In this document: positions 44,824-51,996 of the stretch, piece after piece
Position numbering within the stretch: the first letter of the stretch is position 1
Layout of the letters: the number at the start of each line of letters is the position of its first letter
Assembly (NCBI GenBank): GCA_965248575.1
Contig: CBDFJQ010000002.1
Location: 4,992,001-5,056,000 of the forward strand
Source of the DNA: Planctomycetota bacterium
Lineage (GTDB): Bacteria > Planctomycetota > B15-G4
Direction of reading: 5' to 3'
DNA length: 64,000 nucleotides
Notes under the pieces: model-generated
What the model was told of the DNA's origin: nothing
The model's database searches: none
Seen by the model: the letters and a program-made list of their open reading frames with translations, nothing else
Made by a program: the position numbers and the translations under genes

Positions 44824-47118
44824 ATGAGTTGGACGCTTCTCGCGTTGCTGGTGCTGGTGCCCGCATTGGGCGTGCTGGCCCTGCTGGCTAGACGTCTCGA
44901 ACTTCAGCGCATGCGGACGCGCATCGAGCAGCGGGAGAGCGAGCAACGTGAGGCTCGCGCCAGCGACCAGCTGCAGCAACCGGTCATCGACCTGTCCCGT
45001 TGCCTGGGGTGTGCCACCTGCGTTGCCGCATGCCCCGAGGCCGGTGTCCTGGACATCGTCCATGGACAGGCAGCGGTGATGAATGGGGGGCGCTGTGTGG
45101 GCGTGTCGGCCTGCGAGCGCGAGTGCCCGGTCGACGCTATCAGCGTCAGCCTGGCCCGGGTCGAGGAGCGCGATGACATCCCCGCGCTCACCCCTGGGTT
45201 GGAGGCCGTGGGTGTCCCCGGGTTGTTTCTCGCGGGAGAGGTGACCGCCCACGCCTTGGTCAAGACGGCGGTGGATCACGGAACGGCCGTGGCCGCGACG
45301 GTCGCGGCGCGCTTGGGCGAGTCGGGGGGCGGCGCTGACGAACCGACGCCGGCCGCCTTGGACCTCTGCATCGTTGGGGCGGGCCCCGCCGGCCTGGCCT
45401 GCGCGCTGGAGGCCAAGCGCCTCGGGCTCAAGACGATCCTGCTGGATCAGGAATCGAGCCCGGGCGGAACGGTGGCCAAGTATCCGCGGCGCAAGCTGGT
45501 GCTCACGGAGCCCCTCGATCTGCCGCTGCACGGTCGCTTGCGGCGCCGTTCCTACGGCAAGGAGGAACTCGTGGAGCTCTGGGAGCGGTTGGTGCGTGAG
45601 CACGAGTTGCCGCTCGAGAGCGAGGTGCGGCTTCAGTCGGTCGGCCGGCCGTCCCAGGGCGGCTTCTCCGTGCAGACGAATCGCGGTTCCTACCACGCGA
45701 ACTCCCTTTGTCTGGCGATCGGCCGGCGCGGCACGCCGCGCCGCCTGGATGTGCCCGGCGAGGACCTCCCGAAGGTTGCCTACAGCCTTCTGGACGCTCG
45801 TTCCTACCAGGGGCGCCGCACGCTCATCGTGGGCGCGGGGGACAGCGCCGTGGAGGCTGCCCTCGCCCTGGCAGAGCAAGAGGGCAATGTCGTCACGCTG
45901 CTGACCCGCGGCGCCAGCGTGACGCGCCCGCGCCAAGCGAACCGGGAACGACTCGAACGCGCAACGGCGCGGGGTGAGATCACGCTGATGACAGACGCCC
46001 AGGTGCACAGCATCCTCGAACACGAGGTGCATGTGCGCATCGTGTCTGACGAGAGCCCGGCACCCGGCAAACTCTGGTCCGTGCCCAACGACGATGTGTT
46101 CGTCATGGCTGGCGGGATCGCTCCGCAGGGCCTGCTGAACCAGGCCGGTGTGTCCTTCGACCCCGCGGATCGCCCCCAACAAGCGCCGCCCGCCGAGCAG
46201 GGAGCCGGCCTGCTGAAAGCGTTGATCGGAGCGACCAGCCTGGCGGTGGTCGCGCTGCTGTTCGCCGTGTGGAACGCGGATTACTACCTCTTGCCGACCG
46301 AACTCCGGCCTGAGCATCACAAGCATCAGTGGTTGCGGCCTGGCCTCGGCTTCGGCCTCTGGCTCGGGGTGCTGGGCGTCGGCTTGATCCTGGTGAATCT
46401 CGCCTATCTGGTGCGGCGGGCCTCCTGGGGTTTCCGCTTCGGTTCCCTGCGCACCTGGATGAGCACGCATGTGGCCACGGGTGTGTTGGCCTTGCTGTGC
46501 GCCCTCCTGCACGCGGGCATGTCACCGCGCAACACGGTGGGCGGGCACGCGTTCTGGGCCCTGTCCGTCCTGCTCATCACCGGCGGCCTCGGGCGTTATT
46601 TCTACGCCTGGGTCCCGCGGGCCGCCAATGGACGCGAGTTGGAGTTGGCCGAGGTGAAGGCAGGGCTCCGGGGAGACGCCCTGTCGGCCCCGGACGTCGA
46701 ACGATGGAGCGGTGGGCAGCGGCGATTCCGGGAGCAGGCCGAGCAGGATGTGCTGGCGCTCGTGGACTCCAAGCAGTGGGGTGCGTCCTTTCCGGCTCGC
46801 GCCCTGGCGTTGGTGGGGGTGCGCCGGGACCTGGCCGCCGTCTTGCGCGGTATCGAGCAGCGCGGGCGGGACGAAGGCGTGGAGGCGGTGCAGGTGGACG
46901 AAACCCTCTTGCTCGCCAAGAAGGGTTACCGCAGCGCTCTCATGGCGGCGCATGTCGAGGACCTGCGTGGGCTCTTGGCGACCTGGCGCTATGTGCACCG
47001 TTGGTTCACGTTGCTGATGCTCGTCCTGCTCACACTGCACGTGGTCTACGCCCTCAAGTACGGGTCATTCCTGTCCGACGAACCCGTGATGGACATGACG
47101 CTGGATGCAGCGGAATGA
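44824..47118 (+). CDS. Membrane oxidoreductase fusion: ferredoxin + FAD/NAD(P)H thioredoxin-reductase-like domain + di-heme cytochrome b-like TM domain
   Basis: CLGCATCVAACP and CVGVSACERECP; GAGPAG; GAGDSAVEAA; two TM H-x13-H pairs (THVATGVLALLCALLH, VHRWFTLLMLVLLTLH). Confidence 0.88.
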   Translation: MSWTLLALLVLVPALGVLALLARRLELQRMRTRIEQRESEQREARASDQLQQPVIDLSRCLGCATCVAACPEAGVLDIVHGQAAVMNGGRCVGVSACERECPVDAISVSLARVEERDDIPALTPGLEAVGVPGLFLAGEVTAHALVKTAVDHGTAVAATVAARLGESGGGADEPTPAALDLCIVGAGPAGLACALEAKRLGLKTILLDQESSPGGTVAKYPRRKLVLTEPLDLPLHGRLRRRSYGKEELVELWERLVREHELPLESEVRLQSVGRPSQGGFSVQTNRGSYHANSLCLAIGRRGTPRRLDVPGEDLPKVAYSLLDARSYQGRRTLIVGAGDSAVEAALALAEQEGNVVTLLTRGASVTRPRQANRERLERATARGEITLMTDAQVHSILEHEVHVRIVSDESPAPGKLWSVPNDDVFVMAGGIAPQGLLNQAGVSFDPADRPQQAPPAEQGAGLLKALIGATSLAVVALLFAVWNADYYLLPTELRPEHHKHQWLRPGLGFGLWLGVLGVGLILVNLAYLVRRASWGFRFGSLRTWMSTHVATGVLALLCALLHAGMSPRNTVGGHAFWALSVLLITGGLGRYFYAWVPRAANGRELELAEVKAGLRGDALSAPDVERWSGGQRRFREQAEQDVLALVDSKQWGASFPARALALVGVRRDLAAVLRGIEQRGRDEGVEAVQVDETLLLAKKGYRSALMAAHVEDLRGLLATWRYVHRWFTLLMLVLLTLHVVYALKYGSFLSDEPVMDMTLDAAE

Positions 47119-49238
47119 AGTCCCGCCGTCCAGGAGTCTGGATTGCGTGCCTTTCCGTGGCCCTGGTGGCTATCGCGGGTGTTGCCGATGTCCGCCGAGC
47201 GGCACCTGGCCCGCTCTCGGCGGTGCACGCTGCCGACCCGGCCTTGGCCGAGATGGTGGATTGCGCTGCCTGTCACGGCGGATTGCTGGGCAGCCTCGCG
47301 GACTCCTGCCTGGAGTGTCACGGCCTCATCGATGACCAGGTGGCCGAGGCCAGCGGCTTGCACGGAACGCTGCCCCAGGGAGAGGCACGGCGCTGCGCCA
47401 ACTGCCACAGCGAGCATCACGGCAGTTCGTTCAGCATCGTCAACCAGCAGAGCTATACCCGGATGGGCATTCAGGACCCGGAGGCCTTCAACCACGTGTT
47501 GGTGGGTTTCGCCATGGACGGTGCCCACCTGGAACAAGACTGCATCAAGTGTCATGAGCACGCGCGCGATGAGGTCTTGCCGCGCGGTGCCACCCGCTTC
47601 CTGGGGTTGAGCCAGGACTGCGCGAGTTGTCACGACGACCCGCACGAGGGCCGCATGGTCCTGGACTGTGCACAGTGCCACGGCCAGGAACGCTTCGAGG
47701 ACTTCGACTCCTTGGGGCATGAACGCTTCCTGCCGTTGCTGGGGGCGCACGAGGCCGCTGAGTGCGGCGAGTGCCACGCCCCGGAGTCTCCCCAGGCGCT
47801 GGAATCGCTGGGCATGCAGGTCGACCGGGAAGCTGCTCGCGAGTGCGCCGATTGCCACGAGTCGCCGCACGCCGCGAATGCCATGGAATCGGTGGCACAG
47901 CACAGCGCGCCGGCCTTTCCCCGACCGATGCGGGCCGGATCCAGCTGTGCCGTCTGTCACGAGGCCGAGCACACCTCCTTCCGGGACGATCGACTCGACC
48001 TGCGCCCGGACCTGCACGCCCAGCTCGGGTTCTCCTTGGACCAACCACACGACGAGCTGTCGTGTGCGGAGTGTCATGGAGAGTCAGGCGGTGCCTTCTC
48101 GGAGCGCTTTCCTGGGCGGGAGTCTCAGGACTGTGCTGCCTGTCACGAAGACCCCCACGCGGGTCAGTTCCAGAAGGGGCCGTTTGCAGAGCAGGGCTGC
48201 GTCGCCTGCCATGGTCCCACGGAGTTTGAACCCCATGCCTTCGGTGCTGAGCAGCACGCCCAAGCCTTCCTGCCCCTGGATGGCTCGCACGCCGAAATCG
48301 CCTGCGAGGCTTGCCACGAGCAGCCCTACCGTGACGCAGCGCGCGTCTTCCGGGGGACGCCCAACCGTTGCGAGTCCTGTCACGAAGATGCCCACGATGG
48401 GGCCTTCGATGCCGTGGCTCAACGCCTTCCTCGACAGCGAGAGGGGCTCTGCAGCCGCTGCCATGACAGCGGACGCTTCGACAAGTTGGCCGAGCCGTTC
48501 GAGCACGCGCAGTGGACGGGCTTCGAGCTCACGGGGGCGCATGTGCAGGAGGCCTGCGATGTGTGCCATCTGCCTGCGGATGAAGCGGACGAGCAGGGGC
48601 GTCGCTTCGGCCATGTGAGTGATCAGTTCGGCTTCGTGGAGGGTTGCAACAGCTGTCACGCCGACCCGCACGAGGGCCGCTTTGATGGTCCCCTGGTGCC
48701 CTCGCGCGTCAGTGGCCAGGCCGAGTGCGCCCGCTGCCACGACACGACCAGCTTCAGGTCCCTTGTTGACCCCTTCGACCACCGGCTGTGGACGGGCTTT
48801 CCGCTCAATGGAACCCACGGCAGCAGCGACTGTTCGTCGTGCCATGCTCCCGTGCGCCCGCTCTTCCTCGCAGCGGGCCAGGACGGAATCGGGAGCGCAG
48901 CTCGCGACGGGCGCACATGGGAGCGCGCCCTTGGAACGGACTGCTCGTCCTGCCATGAGGATTCCCATGCCGGGCAGTTCGCGCAGCGGGGTGCCACGGA
49001 TTGTGCCGCATGCCACAGGGATTCCGAGAGCTTCTCCGACCTGCGCTTCAGCCACGAGAGCGATTCGCGCTTCTCGCTGGGCGAGGCTCATCGCCAACTT
49101 GAATGCGCGGCCTGTCACGAGCCGGTGCGGAGGGGCGGCCAGGAGATCGTGCTCTACACGCCGCTGCCGACGGAATGCGTCGATTGTCACGGCGTGCATG
49201 AGTCGGTCCTGCTGCGACGGGCGGGACTGCAGCGATGA
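47115..49238 (+). CDS. Periplasmic multiheme c-type cytochrome, 23 CxxCH motifs in 707 aa
   Basis: ATG 47115 overlaps the upstream TGA; N-terminal hydrophobic segment; 23 CxxCH counted; repeating F.H..GF.L.G.H..C..CH..C..CH.DPH.G..C..CH unit. Confidence 0.93.
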   Translation: MKSRRPGVWIACLSVALVAIAGVADVRRAAPGPLSAVHAADPALAEMVDCAACHGGLLGSLADSCLECHGLIDDQVAEASGLHGTLPQGEARRCANCHSEHHGSSFSIVNQQSYTRMGIQDPEAFNHVLVGFAMDGAHLEQDCIKCHEHARDEVLPRGATRFLGLSQDCASCHDDPHEGRMVLDCAQCHGQERFEDFDSLGHERFLPLLGAHEAAECGECHAPESPQALESLGMQVDREAARECADCHESPHAANAMESVAQHSAPAFPRPMRAGSSCAVCHEAEHTSFRDDRLDLRPDLHAQLGFSLDQPHDELSCAECHGESGGAFSERFPGRESQDCAACHEDPHAGQFQKGPFAEQGCVACHGPTEFEPHAFGAEQHAQAFLPLDGSHAEIACEACHEQPYRDAARVFRGTPNRCESCHEDAHDGAFDAVAQRLPRQREGLCSRCHDSGRFDKLAEPFEHAQWTGFELTGAHVQEACDVCHLPADEADEQGRRFGHVSDQFGFVEGCNSCHADPHEGRFDGPLVPSRVSGQAECARCHDTTSFRSLVDPFDHRLWTGFPLNGTHGSSDCSSCHAPVRPLFLAAGQDGIGSAARDGRTWERALGTDCSSCHEDSHAGQFAQRGATDCAACHRDSESFSDLRFSHESDSRFSLGEAHRQLECAACHEPVRRGGQEIVLYTPLPTECVDCHGVHESVLLRRAGLQR

Positions 49239-51097
49239 AGCGTCCCGTTTCCGTCGGCCTCTTTGGGATGTGCGTTCTTGCCTCCGCCCTGCAGGCGCAG
49301 GACGTGGGCGCCCCTGCGACGGCCTTTGCTGCAACCGCCGCGCCTGCCCGCGTTCCGCAGGCGAGGCCAACCCAGAGACGCAGGGCGCAGGACGGCGATG
49401 CCGTACACGCGCTGGACCTGCGCGTCTTGGGGCTGGAGCCCGCTGGGCTCGTGAAGGTGGACCGGGGTGAGCGGGACCTCGTGCAGGTCGGCGACCGGGT
49501 CCTCTTCAGGCCCTTGGGACGCCCTCAGGTGGAGGGCCGCGTGAGCCAGGTCGATGCACGCACGAGCCTCGTGAAGCTGGACCTCAAGCAGAGCAAACTC
49601 GAGCCGGGCATGCCGGGCGTGGTGCTGGTGCCAAGCAGCCGCTTCGAACCCTCGGAGCCGCCGCCTCAACCTGAGCCCAGCCCAGGGCTGAATCCGCAGC
49701 TGAACGGCGCCTCGGAGTTTCATGGACCGCGCCGACCCCCGGTGCGTTGGACCAACCGGGATGACGGTTACCGCAAAGGGATGCCGTTGCTCAGCACGGC
49801 CGAGATCCTGACCCCCGAGCAGCGCCCAGTCAGAATGGTCGGCCGCGTCTCGGTGTTCGCGAATGCCGGGCGCAGCAGCCTGGATGACCGCACGGATGCC
49901 TTCGCGCGGTTGGGCGCTGATGTCGAGCTGGAGAATCCCTTTGGCCGGGGTGGCCGGGTGCACGTCGACGGTGAGCTCAATCACCGTCGGACAGACGTGG
50001 ACGGCCAGGTCAATGAGCAGTTCTCAAAGGCGCGCTTGGATCGCGCGTCCTATGCCTGGGGTGGCACGCGTTGGCAGCCCGTGCGCCAGGAGGTCGGCCG
50101 CTTCCTGCAGCCCGTGGTGCCCGAGTTCGGCGTGCTCGACGGCTGGAGCTGGTCGACGCGCGAGGACGATGGCACCCGCATGGGTGGCAGCGTGGGCTTC
50201 ATGCCCGAACCGAACATCAGTCTCTCGACGGGCAAGGACCTGGCGGCTTCTGGCTTCTATCGTTGGGTCTCGGATGACAGCGAGCGTTTCGCCACCACTG
50301 TGGGTGTGCAGAAGACCTGGCATCACGGCAAGCGCGATCGCGACCTGATCCTGGCCAAGCTCCAGATCGTCCCGGAGCAGGGCTGGAGCGTGCATGCGAG
50401 TGCGTGGGTCGACTACTACGCCGCGAGTGATGATGCCAAGGACAGCGGCTTCGAGTTGACCGAGGCCCACGCTTCCGCGACCCGCCGCTTCGACGACGTG
50501 GCTGAGGTGACGCTGGCTTTCGACCATCGACGCTTTCCCGAACTGCTGCGCGAGGAGTTCTCTCCGGTCGCCCTGGCCCAGCTCGCGGACGACCGGCATG
50601 ACCGTGTGTCTGCCCGGGGTCGGCGCCAGCTCGAGCAGGGTGTGGACATCCTGGCGGAAGTGGGCGCCTGGGATGACGAAGACGAATCCGGCGGCGATGC
50701 CGAGTTGGGCATGGAGTGGTCGGATCTGCTGGCGCGGGGAAGTCGCTCCAGCGCCTCGGTCTGGCTTGCCGAGGGGCGCTTCTCACGCAGCACTGGCGCG
50801 CGCGTGGCCTATGGCATGCCCTTCAAGCCGTTGAGCTTCAGCTCGGGTTCTGCCGGTGCCGGGCAGAGGGCCGGCCAGTCGAGCGGGCGATGGGATGTCT
50901 CCTATGAGCTGAGCGAGCACGAAAACGCCGACTTCAACGTGGATTTCGCCACGGTGGTCCAACACTGGGTGCGTCTCAGTTGGGGCTTCCATCTGGCCGA
51001 TGGTTGGAGAGGCACCCTGAGCGCCGACGCCCGGCTGTGGGACGACGGTGACGAGGATGCGCAGTCCGTCCACCTTTCCTTGACGAAGAGCTTCTAG
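49235..51097 (+). CDS. Outer-membrane beta-barrel (porin-like) protein
   Basis: Signal peptide (..ASALQA), many amphipathic beta strands, C-terminal VHLSLTKSF ending in Phe; sits between multiheme genes with overlapping stop/start codons. Confidence 0.75.
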   Translation: MKRPVSVGLFGMCVLASALQAQDVGAPATAFAATAAPARVPQARPTQRRRAQDGDAVHALDLRVLGLEPAGLVKVDRGERDLVQVGDRVLFRPLGRPQVEGRVSQVDARTSLVKLDLKQSKLEPGMPGVVLVPSSRFEPSEPPPQPEPSPGLNPQLNGASEFHGPRRPPVRWTNRDDGYRKGMPLLSTAEILTPEQRPVRMVGRVSVFANAGRSSLDDRTDAFARLGADVELENPFGRGGRVHVDGELNHRRTDVDGQVNEQFSKARLDRASYAWGGTRWQPVRQEVGRFLQPVVPEFGVLDGWSWSTREDDGTRMGGSVGFMPEPNISLSTGKDLAASGFYRWVSDDSERFATTVGVQKTWHHGKRDRDLILAKLQIVPEQGWSVHASAWVDYYAASDDAKDSGFELTEAHASATRRFDDVAEVTLAFDHRRFPELLREEFSPVALAQLADDRHDRVSARGRRQLEQGVDILAEVGAWDDEDESGGDAELGMEWSDLLARGSRSSASVWLAEGRFSRSTGARVAYGMPFKPLSFSSGSAGAGQRAGQSSGRWDVSYELSEHENADFNVDFATVVQHWVRLSWGFHLADGWRGTLSADARLWDDGDEDAQSVHLSLTKSF

Positions 51098-51885
51098 TGC
51101 TGAAGACCCGCAACCTCATTCGCCGGATACGGAAGGTAGCTCCGTCGCTTCCCCGTTGGCTGTTGATGGGCTGCTTGGCCTTCATGGCGGTCGCCTGCTT
51201 CAGTGTGCAGGTGGGGGAGCTGGGGCGTGGGCCTCGGCATGGCTGGTGGGACGGCCTGGGGGCGGTGCTGCCCCATGAGTCCTTCCCGGCGGACTGCAGC
51301 ACCTGCCACGTGTCCCAGGACTGGTCGAGCTTGCAGCCGGAATTCGCCTACGACCACCTCGCCGAAACCGGGGTGCCTCTTGAGGGGCGACATGCTGAAG
51401 CCCAATGCCTCCGGTGTCACAACGACCGGGCGCCGATCGAGGTGCTCTCCAACATGACCTGCGCCAGCTGTCACGAGGATGTGCACTTCGGACAGCTCGG
51501 TGCCGATTGCACGCGCTGCCACGACGAGAGCAGTTGGCTGCCGTCCGGGCAGCTGCTGAACCACGCCCATTCCCGCTTCCCCTTGGTGGGCATCCACGCT
51601 GCGACGGATTGTCGACGCTGCCACCTTGGCTCCGAGGTGGGCAACTTCACTCCGGTGGACAACGAGTGCGTCAGCTGTCACGCCGATGACCTGGCGCGGG
51701 CCAACAATCCGAACCACATCGCCCTGGGCTGGGTGAACCGCTGCGACAGCTGCCACGTGCCCCTTTCCTGGAACGCTGCGGAGCTGGATCCCGATTTTGC
51801 GGCGGCCACTGGGGCCAACGGCCCGGATTCGCTTGAGGGACAGCTCAGCGCCTTCCTCAAGTCGCTCCCACCCGGTCGTCGATAG
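51097..51885 (+). CDS. Multiheme c-type cytochrome, 7 CxxCH
   Basis: CSTCH, CLRCH, CASCH, CTRCH, CRRCH, CVSCH, CDSCH; signal with possible lipobox AVAC; GTG overlaps the upstream TAG. Confidence 0.9.
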   Translation: MLKTRNLIRRIRKVAPSLPRWLLMGCLAFMAVACFSVQVGELGRGPRHGWWDGLGAVLPHESFPADCSTCHVSQDWSSLQPEFAYDHLAETGVPLEGRHAEAQCLRCHNDRAPIEVLSNMTCASCHEDVHFGQLGADCTRCHDESSWLPSGQLLNHAHSRFPLVGIHAATDCRRCHLGSEVGNFTPVDNECVSCHADDLARANNPNHIALGWVNRCDSCHVPLSWNAAELDPDFAAATGANGPDSLEGQLSAFLKSLPPGRR

Positions 51886-51996
51886 CTGCTCGATCTCGGG
51901 TGGCTGAGAGACCACCGGAGGGCGACGCCTGGCGTCGGCGCGAGAGGCGATAGAGAAGGCAGAGAGCTCGCACGCTCCCCCTCGGGTTCCGACAGC

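Noticed and set aside
46329..47114. N-terminal extension of the 969-aa ORF, suggesting a long overlap or frameshift fusion
   Set aside because: Low-complexity Arg/Gly/Ala translation inside the oxidoreductase gene; ATG 47115 gives a signal-like N-terminus and an ATGA overlap.
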